A program made the translations under genes and the position numbers. This document shows, piece after piece, positions 1 through 11,698 of a stretch of DNA of 64,000 nt; within the stretch, counting starts at the first letter, position 1, and every line of letters begins with the position of its first letter. The stretch spans positions 416,001 to 480,000 of the forward strand of contig CAVWEH010000005.1 of the NCBI GenBank assembly GCA_963753975.1, in the 5' to 3' direction. The notes under the pieces are model-generated. The model was not told the origin of the DNA, searched no databases, and saw only the letters and a list, made by a program, of their open reading frames with translations. The DNA comes from an uncultured delta proteobacterium (GTDB taxonomy: Bacteria; Desulfobacterota; Syntrophia; Syntrophales; Smithellaceae).

Positions 1-904
1 TGATTTTCGGCGTAAATTCTCCCTCCGGAGAAATGAAAGAAACGACGCCTTTGTAAACTTTACCGGGGAAGGTATCGACTGTGACTTCCGCTTCCTGATT
101 CGGCTTTACTTTGCCGATCTGAGTTTCATCAACATATATTTTCAAATCGACGCGGGAAAGATCGGAAATAGTAATGACTTCCCTCCCGGGAGTCACGGTT
201 TCACCGGGTTCAATATCGCGGCTGGTGACCACGCCGTCCATCGGCGATCTCAACAGCGTATAATCCAACTGAATGGAAGCTTGTTTTGCAGTGAGCTTTT
301 GTCGCATCGATTTGCGGAACGGCCATGTTGCAACATCTTGTTTAGCGGCATCTATTCTGCCGAGATTGCCCTGCGCCAGCTTTAACGAAGATTCGGCTTC
401 CGCAAGCTTTGATTGCGCCACTTCAAAATTGAGCTTCATCGAATCGCGTTCTTTTTCCGTGACCACGCCTTTTTTAAATAACTCTTCAAACCGTTGGTAA
501 TTCTTTTCGGCATCTTTCAGATTATCTGCGGCGCTCTTGACGCTGGCCTCGGCTCTGGCCACTTCCGACGGCAGTGTTTTCTTATTAATATCCAGCACTG
601 TTTCCAGTTGCTGTTTTGATTTTTTCGCCCTGGCGAGATTTGCCCTGGCTTGTTCGTAGCGCGCTTCAAATTCCATCCGGTCGAGCTGGGCGATAATCTG
701 ATCTTTTTTAACACTTTGCCCTTCCTGAACATTGACTTTAACGACACGTCCGGGTACCTGGAAAGACAAATTAGCCTGTGTTGCTTCGATTGTGCCGGAA
801 TAAAGAAGTTCTTTTGTGCGGTTATTTTTTTGGCCGAAATAAACAAAAATCCCCACGCCCACAAAGAGAACTATAAACACTATAATGATAATTCTTTTTT
901 TCAA
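1..904 (-). CDS. HlyD/YbhG-family efflux periplasmic adaptor (partial, runs off window start)
   Basis: Read manually, not in ORF track. TTG at 904 after GGAGG..GAGG; MKKRIIIIVFIVLFVGVGIFVYFGQK N-terminal TM, SGTIEATQ, coiled coil, LRSPMDGVVTSRDIEPGETVTPG lipoyl-like motif, VTVDTFPGKVYKGVVSFISPEGEFTPK. Confidence 0.85.
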   Translation of the reverse strand, partial: MKKRIIIIVFIVLFVGVGIFVYFGQKNNRTKELLYSGTIEATQANLSFQVPGRVVKVNVQEGQSVKKDQIIAQLDRMEFEARYEQARANLARAKKSKQQLETVLDINKKTLPSEVARAEASVKSAADNLKDAEKNYQRFEELFKKGVVTEKERDSMKLNFEVAQSKLAEAESSLKLAQGNLGRIDAAKQDVATWPFRKSMRQKLTAKQASIQLDYTLLRSPMDGVVTSRDIEPGETVTPGREVITISDLSRVDLKIYVDETQIGKVKPNQEAEVTVDTFPGKVYKGVVSFISPEGEFTPKI

Positions 905-940
905 CCTCTCCCTCCATTTTACTCAAGATTAAGTTTCCAT

Positions 941-1008
941 GTCATTTCGACACGTGCCCTCGTGTGACCTTCAGGTTATTAGGGTAGAAACACAGTGACG
1001 AGAAATCT
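941..1008. repeat. REP-like element (GTCATTTCGA...GAGAAATCT) with internal GTGACCTTCAGGTTA
   Basis: Related ends recur in reverse orientation at ~19771-19795 (GATTTCTC...TCGAAATAAC). Confidence 0.45.
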
Positions 1009-1029
1009 TTCGTTCCAGTATTATCCACT

Positions 1030-1662
1030 CTATTTTTTTATTGCTCGCAACACCAGCCACGCCACCTCATCACCCAGACTGCCTTTTAATTTCTTATCAC
1101 GGGCTTTAACATCTGCCGGCAGCCATACTTGCCGGTCTTTAATCGGCGAACTTTTTTTATAAAAAAGAATCGTGCCCATTATCATCATGTGGATTAGAAA
1201 AGGTACTGTTTCGACAAAGATTTCTTTTGCCCTTCCCTCATCAAGAATACCGACGAGAATTTTAAGGACAGAGACAATATCTTCAACGACGACACGGGGC
1301 AGATGGGCTCCGTCTGCAGCCACCTCCCTCATCATAATCGGCGGTATTTCGGGATTTTTATCGACAGCATCAGCGATAAACAAAATATAGGCTTTGAGCT
1401 TTTCTTCCGGGCTATCTGCTCTGGCTACGGCTTGGGCGATGCCTTGAGCGACATTGCCAATGACTTGATGAATAACATTGGCATAAAGAGTATCTTTATC
1501 GCCGATTTGGTAATAAAGACTGGCTTTGTTCACACCGGCGCGCTCGGCGATTTCATCCACATGCGTTCCGCTGTAGCCATTTTCGGCAAATATCTTCCGT
1601 GCCGCAGTTAAAATTTTTTCGGCGGTCTTGCTTAGTTTTTCATTGCGTACATCTTGTTCCAT
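1030..1662 (-). CDS. TetR/AcrR family transcriptional regulator
   Basis: ILTAARKIFAENGYSGTHVDEIAERAGVNKASLYY HTH; directly upstream of the efflux adaptor. Confidence 0.92.
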   Translation of the reverse strand: MEQDVRNEKLSKTAEKILTAARKIFAENGYSGTHVDEIAERAGVNKASLYYQIGDKDTLYANVIHQVIGNVAQGIAQAVARADSPEEKLKAYILFIADAVDKNPEIPPIMMREVAADGAHLPRVVVEDIVSVLKILVGILDEGRAKEIFVETVPFLIHMMIMGTILFYKKSSPIKDRQVWLPADVKARDKKLKGSLGDEVAWLVLRAIKK

Positions 1663-1686
1663 ATTTTTAACACTTATTAAAGTAAA

Positions 1687-1708
1687 TTAAACTAACCGGT
1701 TAGTTTAA
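1687..1708. promoter_or_regulatory. Probable TetR operator (perfect 22-bp palindrome)
   Basis: TTAAACTAACC-GGTTAGTTTAA, about 25 bp upstream of the tetR start. Confidence 0.7.
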
Positions 1709-1848
1709 CTATATAGTTAGATATTTGGAGAAAAATGTCAAGTTGATTTTATATCGTAATTTGCTAGAGTTATATAATAGATATATTTAGCTTTCTAACA
1801 CCCAAGCAATAATAAGCAAACTTCAAATATAAACTACAGGAGGGCCTT

Positions 1849-2052
1849 ATGAGTAAAGAAATCATGGACGTTATTGTTAGCTGGGGACCAATGATTATCC
1901 TCATTGTTGTTTGGCTCTATTTTATGAAAAAATCAGGAAGTACAGGTTACTACACCAATATAGAGAAATCTCTGGCTGAATTGAAACTAATGAATCAAAA
2001 AATTGATAAAATCATCGCTATTATCGAAAAGGATAAAGGAAAAAAATATTGA
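1849..2052 (+). CDS. Small single-TM hypothetical protein
   Basis: AGGAGG RBS, hydrophobic N-terminus, short coiled coil; stop overlaps next start. Confidence 0.65.
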   Translation: MSKEIMDVIVSWGPMIILIVVWLYFMKKSGSTGYYTNIEKSLAELKLMNQKIDKIIAIIEKDKGKKY

Positions 2053-2779
2053 AGTGGCTGAGCAATCAACATCTGGTTTTAATGCCCGGATTGGACGGCA
2101 CGGGATTATCCTTCGAGCCGATCCTGCCGTTTCTTCCGGCGGACGCGAAAATTACAATTATTCGTTATCCAACGGACAAACTTCTATCATTTGACGAAAC
2201 TGTGGAATGCGCGACTCACAAATTCCCGCAGGCGTTCCTCCCATCATTATCGCGGAGTCATTTTCGGGACCTGTTGCCATACAAATGATCGGCTCCAGAC
2301 GTGTCCAAGCTAAGGCGCTTATTCTGTGCGCTACTTTTGCCAAATCACCGCGCCCGTTTGTGTGGCGTATTATGCAGTTACTGCGCTTGCCCTTACTCAT
2401 CAGGCCGGATATGCCCAAGCGTTTTTTCAAAATCATCATCGGGGATGATAAACTTATTGCTGAACTTTTGCCGCTGTGGAAAAAGGTGCACGCCGACGTT
2501 CCGGCGCATGTTATGAATCACCGGCTGAAAATTATCAATCACGTGGATGTTACCAGGCGGCTGAAAGAATTACCGGTACCCTGCTGTTATCTACAAGCCA
2601 CAAATGATAGATTGGTACCTTCTTCATGCCTTGAAGATATCAAAAACTATATGCCTCTTTTGGAGGTAAAAAAAATTAACGCCCCGCACTTTATTCTCCA
2701 AGCCCAACCTCAGGCCTGTCTTGAGGCGATTGAAGATTTTATGAAACTTATAAATAAGACGTTTATGACAGCGGATTAG
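2049..2779 (+). CDS. Alpha/beta hydrolase, frameshifted near 2215
   Basis: HLVLMPGLDGTG in one frame; AESFSG nucleophile, LQATND and APHF in another; one missing base joins them. Confidence 0.75.
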
Positions 2780-2803
2780 CTCATCATGCATCCTAACCAT
2801 TTA

Positions 2804-3649
2804 CTACTGTTTATTTTTTTTTAAAGCTTCAAGTCTTTCTCGGGCAAGCATTTCTACAAAATTATTATCAATCGCAGGCTCTGGTCCAATTTCCCCAATA
2901 GCTCTTTGGGTTGGTCCAATTGTCCCAATAGTTGCGGTACTAGCACTACTTATGTTTTTTGATATTGTAACGTCTCTGGCAAGTTTTAACGCCCTAATTT
3001 TTCTTATTTCGTTTTCTAAAAGTTTGCTAATGTCTGCAATTTTTTCCTTCAGATCTTCTTTTTCTTTGCTTCTAGAAACCTTCTCTTCCTCATATTTTTT
3101 GCTTGCTTCGTCATATTGAAATTGTATTCGTGTTATCTCTTTTTCTTTATCTTCAATAATTTTTTGTGAAATTTGAATATCTGTAAGGACCGGAATCACA
3201 TCAGTCCATTCTTGAATTGAATTCACGACATCCTTCTCAACTAGGCCAAGTAAATTAACAATTTCTTCGATATTGTTACGCTTATTTGATGCAACAGATA
3301 TATTTTTAATTTTTTCCACTATGAGAAAAAGACTTCGAACTGCACCTTGTCCTTTTTTCACAAGAACTGTGTCTCCGCTAATTTGTTTATATCTGTCATA
3401 ACACATGGCTCCCATGATCGCTGTAAAAACACTAGAAACTGCACTTAATGCTAAAGATAAATTTTTATTATTGACAAAATAAGATAAAATCAATGCTGGA
3501 AGAAAAATGAAGAGAGAAATAATAACCCAAGGTTGTCCTATTACCTGACCGAATATTTTCCATTGGGGTTTTAGTAACTGCCATAATGATTCATTTGTTG
3601 ATTTGTCTTGATAATTATCTTTTTTCACTTCACTTGATGTTTCTTCCAT
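2804..3649 (-). CDS. AT-rich hypothetical membrane protein (2 TM + coiled coil)
   Basis: Long ORF with GGTGG RBS before MEETS; two hydrophobic helices then a charged coiled coil. Confidence 0.65.
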   Translation of the reverse strand: MEETSSEVKKDNYQDKSTNESLWQLLKPQWKIFGQVIGQPWVIISLFIFLPALILSYFVNNKNLSLALSAVSSVFTAIMGAMCYDRYKQISGDTVLVKKGQGAVRSLFLIVEKIKNISVASNKRNNIEEIVNLLGLVEKDVVNSIQEWTDVIPVLTDIQISQKIIEDKEKEITRIQFQYDEASKKYEEEKVSRSKEKEDLKEKIADISKLLENEIRKIRALKLARDVTISKNISSASTATIGTIGPTQRAIGEIGPEPAIDNNFVEMLARERLEALKKNKQ

Positions 3650-3691
3650 ATATCCACCCAAATCCTTTCTTGCCCAATGCAAACCTAAACA

Positions 3692-6146
3692 TCATCTCTT
3701 TTTACAAAAAACTCTTTTTTTATATATTAATGTTACACGAAGTTTGCATAACCGTTTGTCCGGTGAACCATCATTACTTTTTTTCTTACCCTTGTTCTCC
3801 AGCGCTAGCTTCAGGACTTCCAGCATATCTTCGACAAAATGAAATTTGATGCTTTTTTGCACATTGGCCGGAATATCTTCCATATCTTTGCGGTTCCAGG
3901 CAGGTAGAATTATCGTCTTAATGCCGGCTCGATAAGCGGCAAGCACCTTTTCCTTGATGCCGCCTACGGGAAGCACGGCACCCCGCAGTGTGATTTCACC
4001 CGTCATCGCCAAATCTTTTTTTATCTTGCGATTAGTTAAGCAGTGAAGTGAGCGCTGTAAGCATAGTTACGCCCGCCGAAGGGCCGTCTTTGGGAATCGC
4101 TCCCGCGGGGACATGGATATGAATATCCAAATCCTCGAAGAAATTAGGCGCAATACCCAGGGCTTTGGCGTTGGTGCGGATAAAGCTCAAAGCCGCCGCC
4201 GCCGACTCTTTCATGACATCACCCAATTGACCGGTCAAAGTCAGACCTTTTTTCCCTTTCATAGCGGTCGCTTCGATGAATAACAAATCGCCGCCGACAG
4301 GCGTCCAGGCGAGCCCGATGGCAATTCCGGGTTTGGATATGCGCGCATCGAAATCCGTCGGGACACGAACCGGCCCGAGGTATTTGTGAATCTCGTTGGC
4401 CTTGATTATTTTGGATTTGGTCTTGCCTTCGGCAATCTCCGAAGCGACGCCGCGGCAAACATTGGCGATTTCCCGCTCCAGATTTCTGACTCCGGCTTCT
4501 CTGGTGTAGCCGCAGATGATGCTGTTCAGAGCCGCAGTGGCAATTTTGAGCTCATCGGCGGTTAGGCCGTTTTCGGTTAATTGCCGAGGAATCAGATACC
4601 GCTCGGCTATTTTTACTTTTTCTTCCTGCGTGTAGCCGGTCAATTCGATTACTTCGAGCCTATCGAGAAGCGCCGGAGGTATTGTATCCAGAATATTGGC
4701 CGTGGTGATAAACATAACGTGCGAAAGATCGAACGCCACATCCAGATAGTTATCGGAAAACGAATTATTTTGCTCGGGATCGAGCACCTCCAAAAGCGCC
4801 GAAGAAGGATCGCCGCGGAAATCGCTGCCCACTTTATCGATCTCATCCAGCATGAAAACAGGATTATTGGATTCCGCGCGTCGCAGGCCTTGAATAATGC
4901 GGCCGGGCAAGGCGCCGATGTATGTGCGGCGATGGCCGCGGATTTCCGCTTCGTCGTGGACGCCTCCTAACGACATGCGCACAAATTTGCGTTCCAGCGC
5001 CCGCGCGATGGAATGTCCCAGCGATGTTTTGCCCGTTCCCGGAGGACCGACAAAGCACAAAATCGGCCCTTTGGAATCCGGTTTTAGTTTGCGCACGGAA
5101 AGGTATTCGATAATACGCTTCTTCGCTTTGACCAGTCCGTAGTGGTCTTCATCAAGCACATCTCTGGCTTTTTTGATATCGAGATTATCGGTGGTGGATT
5201 CATTCCACGGCAGGGCGGTAATCCAGTCGAGATATGACGACGATACCGTATATTCCGCGGATGCCGGATTCATGCGGGAGAGACGCTCCAGTTCCCGCAG
5301 AGCTTCTTTTTTCGCTTCCTCAGGAAGCTTTTTATCTTCTATTTTTTTACGGTACTCTTCAGTTTCGACGACGTTTTCCTCGCCCTCGCCTAATTCCTGT
5401 TTGATCGCCTTCAATTGCTGGCGCAGATAATATTCGCGCTGACTTTTATCAATATCGTCTTTGACTTTTGTTTGGATTTTGTTGCCCAACTCCAGAACCT
5501 CCATCTGGTGATTGACCAAACGGGTCAATTCCTTCAGACGCTCTTTTACGTCAACGCTATCCAATATTTTCTGTTTTTCTTCTATAGGTGCATTAATAAT
5601 CGAAGCGACCATGTCGGCCAGTGTGCCCGCTTCGGTGATCGATTTGGCCATTGGACCGAATTCCGGCGGCAAAAAAGGTGAGAGCTTGAGAATACGGTCG
5701 AATAAAACAAGCAAATTAGCCACGAGGGCCTCGGTTTCAATATCTTTGACTTCCTCTTCCTCGATCACTTTGATCCGCGCCTGCTGATAAGGTTTGCCTT
5801 CCACAAGCTCCAATAACTGAAAACGGCTGATGCCCTGTAAAAGCATTTGCGTACGACTATCGGAAGCCTTCGCCATTCTCAAGATAACCGCGCAAGTACC
5901 TATCGGGTGAAAATCTTCCAGCTTGTAGCGGTCTTTCTCACCGGCCAATTCCCTCTTGGCCATAATTAAACCGACCAGCCTATCCTTAGTCATAGCTTCA
6001 TCGACAAGGAGTGAAGAATCGTTCCCTACTATTTCCAGGGGAATCATCATTTTCGGAAACACTAAGGCATTATGCAGCGAAAGCACAGGAAGCACTTCCG
6101 GTATGTTAAATTTTTTATTTTCTTCGTTTTTTATTTGTTCAGCCAT
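3692..6146 (-). CDS. lon: ATP-dependent Lon protease, frameshifted near 4037 (true stop may be ~3774 if an A-run is miscounted)
   Basis: GPPGTGKT Walker A, LDEIDK, KDGPSAG catalytic Ser; C-terminal [10 protein letters not shown]...GGIKEK lies in the second frame. Confidence 0.93.
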
Positions 6147-6185
6147 TAAACCCTCCGGGTTTTGTATCGAAAACTATAGCCTCGA

Positions 6186-6629
6186 TTATCGCTCCTCGAT
6201 TTTTATTTCGATATGGCGCGTTTTATTATCTGCCAATTTGTTAACTCTGATCATCAGCACTCCATCCGCATAAGAAGCGATTGCGGATTCCGCATTCACC
6301 ATTTCCGGCAGGGCAATACTTCTTTCAAAATAGCCTCGCGGTATTTCCGCCAGACGATAGCGAGCGCTTTTTAAATCAGCAACAGCTTTGCGCGCTCCCG
6401 CAATTTTTATTTTTCTATGGTCAATTTCTATATGCAGTTCTTCCTTGTTTAGTCCGGCAAGGTCAGCCAGAATGATAATCTCATCTATTGATTCATAGAC
6501 ATCAACGTTAGGCCGCCAGATTGATTCGTAATATTTAAATACGGGGCTGACCAAATGAAAGACTTCATGCACCGCTTTCTGGAATTCTTCTTCAAAATTA
6601 CTGCCAAACTTAATTTTAATGAAGTTCAT
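6186..6629 (-). CDS. Hsp20/alpha-crystallin small heat-shock protein
   Basis: WRPNVDVYE, EIPRGYFERSIALP, ASYADGVLMI; upstream of lon. Confidence 0.9.
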   Translation of the reverse strand: MNFIKIKFGSNFEEEFQKAVHEVFHLVSPVFKYYESIWRPNVDVYESIDEIIILADLAGLNKEELHIEIDHRKIKIAGARKAVADLKSARYRLAEIPRGYFERSIALPEMVNAESAIASYADGVLMIRVNKLADNKTRHIEIKIEER

Positions 6630-6660
6630 TTCTCTCACCTATTAGGTTGATGATTTGCGC

Positions 6661-6951
6661 GTGAAACTCAAATTTCAAAAACATAGTGAATAACCTGAAG
6701 ATCACGTCACCGCTGAAGCTTGCAGGTCGAATTAATGAAACTCGGATATTACAAACGCAGTGCAGTAATATCTGTTAGCTGTAATGAGACTAAAACTTCA
6801 AAAGCAAAGCGCATTGAAGTTTTTTAGTCGAATTATCCCATAGCCAAAGGCTATTGGGGTTATCCCGCTGAAAACGGAGGGTAATGAGACTTAAATTCCG
6901 AAACAAAGTGCATCGGAATTTGTTAGCCGAATTATCCCGCTTAAGCAGGGG
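6661..6951. repeat. Array of four modular hairpin repeats (TAATGARAC-stem-AAACRMAGTGCA-stem-AG..GAATTA)
   Basis: Units start at ~6661, 6733, 6782 and 6882; homologous to 44666-44838. Confidence 0.75.
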
Positions 6952-7243
6952 CGTCATACTTTACCACCTGGCGGCTTGTCCGAAGGTTGATGCCCCTGGA
7001 TAACGATTACTCACAAAATATAGTGCTCGACCGCCGATTTGTAAAGACTATCTTTAAAAATAATATTCCCCCCACCGAAAATAAGTAAAAAAGAAAAAAC
7101 TGGCTAAATAACAATCTTTTTGTTATGGAAGCGCGTTCAAAGGAAGAAAGGCTTGGCCCATCCCCAGTTAAAATTGGTTACATTCCAGCCGTATCTATCG
7201 AGAAAACCAGTTCCCAAAAGATGAGCTGAAGAAATTTAGATTG

Positions 7244-9061
7244 ATGAAAAAAAATCATATAAGGAATATTGCCATAATTTCCCATGTTGATCACGGCAAA
7301 ACCACACTGCTTAACGCCATGTTGAAGCAAACGGGAGTATTCCGTGCAAATCAAGCAGTCGAGGACCGAGTGATGGATTCGCTGGATTTGGAAAAAGAGC
7401 GAGGCATCACTATCATGGCAAAAAATACCGCGGTTGATTACGACGGCGTAAAAATCAATATTGTGGATACGCCCGGCCACGCTGATTTCGGCGGCGAGGT
7501 GGAGAGAAGCCTGAACATGGTGGACGGTGCGATTCTTTTAGTCGATGCGAGCGAAGGCCCCCTGCCGCAGACACGTTTCGTACTGAAAAAGGCACTGGCG
7601 CTGCATCTGCCCATTATTTTAGTTATCAATAAAATTGATCGTTCTGATGCACGCATCGACGAAGTAATCAACGATACCTACGATCTCTTTATTGATTTAG
7701 GCGCCGAAGAAAAGCAAATCGAATTTCCGATACTTTATACTAACGCCAAAATCGGAGTCAGCCATAAAAAAATCGGCGATGACAGTGCCGACCTGCGGCC
7801 ACTGCTGCAGACGATTATCGACTATATACCCGCGCCGCGAGGAAACGATGAAGACGTCCCGCAGTTTCTCGTTACCAATCTGGATTATGATCCTTATGTG
7901 GGGCAAATTGCCGTCGGCCGTCTGCAAAACGGCAGGCTGGAGATGAACAATAATTATAGCCTTTGCACCAAGGAAAAGATAATTCCCGGCATCAAGTTCA
8001 CCGCGCTTTATACTTTTTACGGCCTGACAAAAAAGTCCGCCATGAGCGTTGAATCCGGGGATATTATCGCTTTATCCGGTGTGGAAAATGTCAGTATCGG
8101 TGATACTATATCATCTCTATCCGATCCCCGCCCGCTGCCCCGACTGCAGGTGGATGAGCCGACCGTATCCATGATGTTTTACGTCAATGACAGCCCTTTT
8201 GCCGGGAAAGAAGGAAAATATCTTACCTCGCGGCACTTGCTGGAGAGGCTGGAAAAAGAGGCCTTGAGAAATGTCGCCATTAAAATTAAAAAGCTGGAAA
8301 GAACAGACGCGTTCGAGGTTTGCGGACGCGGCGAACTGCAAATGGCGGTATTAATCGAAACCATGCGCCGCGAAGGCTATGAACTAATGGTATCACGCCC
8401 GCGGGTAATTACCAGAGAACAAAACGGCAAAACTTATGAGCCGGTGGAAAGGTTATTTCTGGACATACCGGAAGACTTTGTGGGAAAAATTACAGAAAAA
8501 TTGTCCATCAGAAAAGGGCGTATGGAAGGTCTTGTTAATAAAGGTAGCGGGAGAGTCAGCATGGAATTTTTGATTCCATCCCGCGGATTGATCGGTTTTC
8601 GCAGCCAGTTTCTGACCGATACCAAAGGCGGCGGAGTTATGAATTCGCTATTGGAAGATTATGCGCCCTGGTTCGGCTCTATTCCTCAACGCATGACCGG
8701 TGCATTAGTTGCTGACCGTTCCGGCCGTGTTACATCTTACGCGAGCTTTGCGATGGAAGACCGCGGAGAAATGATCGTAGAAATCGGGACGGAAGTTTAC
8801 GCGGGCATGGTCGTGGGAGAGCGCAACCGCTCGAGCGATCTTAACGTGAATATTACCAAAGAGAAGAAACTGACTAACATGCGGGCTTCCACATCCGATA
8901 CGACAATAATTTTGCGGCCGCCGCGAATTTTATCTTTAGACCAGGCGATCGAGTTCATTGCCGAAGATGAGTTGGTGGAAGTAACGCCCGAAAGCATCCG
9001 CCTGAGAAAAATGGAGCTCGACGCCACCAAGCGCCAGCAGAAGAGCCGTAAAGACGATTAA
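7244..9061 (+). CDS. typA: Translational GTPase TypA/BipA
   Basis: [52 protein letters not shown]. Confidence 0.97.
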   Translation: MKKNHIRNIAIISHVDHGKTTLLNAMLKQTGVFRANQAVEDRVMDSLDLEKERGITIMAKNTAVDYDGVKINIVDTPGHADFGGEVERSLNMVDGAILLVDASEGPLPQTRFVLKKALALHLPIILVINKIDRSDARIDEVINDTYDLFIDLGAEEKQIEFPILYTNAKIGVSHKKIGDDSADLRPLLQTIIDYIPAPRGNDEDVPQFLVTNLDYDPYVGQIAVGRLQNGRLEMNNNYSLCTKEKIIPGIKFTALYTFYGLTKKSAMSVESGDIIALSGVENVSIGDTISSLSDPRPLPRLQVDEPTVSMMFYVNDSPFAGKEGKYLTSRHLLERLEKEALRNVAIKIKKLERTDAFEVCGRGELQMAVLIETMRREGYELMVSRPRVITREQNGKTYEPVERLFLDIPEDFVGKITEKLSIRKGRMEGLVNKGSGRVSMEFLIPSRGLIGFRSQFLTDTKGGGVMNSLLEDYAPWFGSIPQRMTGALVADRSGRVTSYASFAMEDRGEMIVEIGTEVYAGMVVGERNRSSDLNVNITKEKKLTNMRASTSDTTIILRPPRILSLDQAIEFIAEDELVEVTPESIRLRKMELDATKRQQKSRKDD

Positions 9062-9107
9062 TTAAGTCCGGGAATGACCGCGTCAGTTCCTGCAAATTCA
9101 ATAATTT

Positions 9108-10076
9108 ATGATCACTGAAATTCAAACTAACTTTTACCGCATCACTTTGCGTATGCCTTATCGTTTAAGACATGTGCACGCTTATCTTTTGGCTCAGGAT
9201 AAGGAACTGGCGCTGTTTGATACGGGACTCAATATACCCGGCGCTTATGAAACGCTGGAGAAGGACTTGGCGAGCATAGGCTTTAGCATTAACACTATCA
9301 GACATATTTTCTTGACTCATGTGCACACGGATCACTGCAGTATGGCCGGCATCCTGCAAAAAAAGACAGATGCTAAAATTTATCTTTCTGCCGCGGCTTT
9401 CGCAGAATACCAGCATTTTCGTCAGGCGGATTCAGCCGTCAAGCAGGTGAGACATTTCTATGCTCGCCACGGGATGACATCTCACCAAATCGATGCGGTA
9501 ATCGAAGAATATGAAGATATGCGCAGTATCATAACAGAATTTGAGGCAACAGATTTTCTGCAGAAGAACGAACTGCGCGAATTCGGCAATTGGAAGTTTG
9601 AAGTCATTTTTACTCCCGGGCACGCCACCGGGCATGTTTGTTTTTTCTTCAGAAAAGAGGGAATCCTATTGGCCGGTGATCACATTCTGCCTTATATAGC
9701 GCCGAGCCTGAGCCCCAATATTTTTGACGATAATTTCCGTCCGCTGCAAACTTATCTGGATTCCTTAAGCGTCATTGAGAGATTGGCCGGCGTCACGATA
9801 CATCCGGGGCACGGTAGTTCTTTTGGCAGCGTGAGCGAACGTGTATCTGAAATACGCGCTCACCACGCGCAAAGAAAACAGTTGATTTTAGATTCTGTCA
9901 ATGGAATATCGAAAACCACTTATGCAATGGCTAATGAAATCTTTGGTAAGGACATGCCTGATTTCGAAAAATTTATGGCGTTAAACGAGACCCATGTCTA
10001 CTTGCACGAGCTAAAATGTGACGGCGCGATAAGCGAAAAAATTAATGGCGGAGTCTTCGTTTATACCGCCTGTTAA
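9108..10076 (+). CDS. MBL-fold metallo-hydrolase
   Basis: THVHTDH, TPGHATGH, GDH, HPGHG motifs. Confidence 0.9.
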   Translation: MITEIQTNFYRITLRMPYRLRHVHAYLLAQDKELALFDTGLNIPGAYETLEKDLASIGFSINTIRHIFLTHVHTDHCSMAGILQKKTDAKIYLSAAAFAEYQHFRQADSAVKQVRHFYARHGMTSHQIDAVIEEYEDMRSIITEFEATDFLQKNELREFGNWKFEVIFTPGHATGHVCFFFRKEGILLAGDHILPYIAPSLSPNIFDDNFRPLQTYLDSLSVIERLAGVTIHPGHGSSFGSVSERVSEIRAHHAQRKQLILDSVNGISKTTYAMANEIFGKDMPDFEKFMALNETHVYLHELKCDGAISEKINGGVFVYTAC

Positions 10077-10088
10077 GATGAGGTTATT

Positions 10089-11675
10089 TTGAGCAAACTT
10101 CTGCAAAGAGAAATAGAACGCCGCCGGACTTTCGGCATTATCAGCCATCCCGACGCCGGGAAAACCACACTCACGGAGAAGCTTCTGCTTTTCGGTGGGG
10201 CGATCCAACTGGCTGGCGCGGTCAAAGCCCGTAAGGCGTCGAAACACGCGTTGAGCGATTGGATGGCTATCGAAAAGGAACGCGGTATTTCGGTAACTTC
10301 ATCGGTCATGAAATTTGAATATACCGGCTGTGAAATAAACCTTCTGGATACGCCCGGCCATCAGGATTTTTCGGAAGATACTTACCGCGTGCTCACCGCA
10401 GTGGATAGCGCGCTAATGGTGATCGACGGCGCGAAAGGTGTGGAGACGCAAACACAAAAGCTCATGGAAGTTTGTCGCTTGCGCAACACCCCGATCATAA
10501 CTTTCATTAATAAGCTCGATCGTGATTGCCTGCCGCCGCTGGAAATTCTGGCGGACATTGAAGATAAGCTGCAAATCGAATGCACACCCTTATCCTGGCC
10601 CATCGGTATGGGCAAGCGCTTCAAAGGTGTCTACAATCTCTACGATAAAAAATTACATTTGTTCGCACCGGGAAAAGCAAAGCGCTCGGAGGAAGGAGTC
10701 ATTATCAACGATTTATCCGATCCTTTGCTTGATGAACTGCTGGAGAGCCAGGCCGCCGAACTGCGTGAAGAAATCGCCTTGCTGGAAGGGGCGGCTAATC
10801 CCTTTGACCTCAAGGAATATTTAAAGGCCGGTCAGTCGCCTGTTTTCTTCGGGAGCGCCATCAACAATTTCGGTGTGAAGGAACTCTTGGACGCTTTCAT
10901 AGAAATCGCTCCGCCTCCCATTGCCCATCCCACCAGGACCAGAGAAGTTAAACCGGACGAAGATGATTTTTCCGGCTTTGTCTTCAAAATACAAGCCAAT
11001 ATGGATCCAGCTCACCGTGACCGCATTGCCTTCATGCGCATCTGCTCCGGCAAATTCCGGCGCGGAATGCATGTAATCCATCACCGTATCGGTAAGGAAG
11101 TTTCTTTAGCCAATGCCACAATTTTCATGGCGCAGGACCGGACAAATGTAGAGGAAGCCTACCCCGGCGATATTATCGGCATCCATAATCATGGAACAAT
11201 TAAAATCGGCGACACTTTTACGCAAAAAGAACCACTCAAGTTTACCGGCATCCCGCACTTTGCCCCGGAACATTTCTGCCGCGTTCGGCTCAAAGACCCG
11301 CTAAGAATAAAACACCTGCAGAAAGGATTGATTCAGCTTTCCGAAGAGGGCGCGATTCAGGTTTTTAAACCTCTGTGGGGCTCGGATAATATCCTGGGCG
11401 CGGTAGGCGCTTTGCAATTCGATGTCACGATGGCACGCCTTAAAGACGAATACAGTGTTTATGCCGACTACGAAAAAACCGATTATGCCGCCGCCCGCTG
11501 GGTCACCTGTGACGATGCTAAAGTAATGGAAGACTTTCAAAAGAAGAATTCGACAAATGTTGCCCTAGATACGGAAGGAAACCTTGTTTATCTGGCCTTA
11601 AGCGAATGGCGCTTGTCCCACACCATGGAAGAATGGCCGTTAATTCAATTCCATAAAACGATGGAAAAAAGCTGA
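10089..11675 (+). CDS. prfC: Peptide chain release factor 3
   Basis: [51 protein letters not shown]. Confidence 0.97.
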   Translation: MSKLLQREIERRRTFGIISHPDAGKTTLTEKLLLFGGAIQLAGAVKARKASKHALSDWMAIEKERGISVTSSVMKFEYTGCEINLLDTPGHQDFSEDTYRVLTAVDSALMVIDGAKGVETQTQKLMEVCRLRNTPIITFINKLDRDCLPPLEILADIEDKLQIECTPLSWPIGMGKRFKGVYNLYDKKLHLFAPGKAKRSEEGVIINDLSDPLLDELLESQAAELREEIALLEGAANPFDLKEYLKAGQSPVFFGSAINNFGVKELLDAFIEIAPPPIAHPTRTREVKPDEDDFSGFVFKIQANMDPAHRDRIAFMRICSGKFRRGMHVIHHRIGKEVSLANATIFMAQDRTNVEEAYPGDIIGIHNHGTIKIGDTFTQKEPLKFTGIPHFAPEHFCRVRLKDPLRIKHLQKGLIQLSEEGAIQVFKPLWGSDNILGAVGALQFDVTMARLKDEYSVYADYEKTDYAAARWVTCDDAKVMEDFQKKNSTNVALDTEGNLVYLALSEWRLSHTMEEWPLIQFHKTMEKS

Positions 11676-11698
11676 TATTACAAATAGCATTTTTCTTT

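Noticed and set aside
3692..4012. Separate small Lon-C gene or programmed frameshift
   Set aside because: Removing one base at ~4037 restores [16 protein letters not shown]; no slippery site is evident; same error pattern as other genes
6661..6951. CRISPR array
   Set aside because: Variable segments are self-complementary stems, spacing is irregular and no cas genes are present
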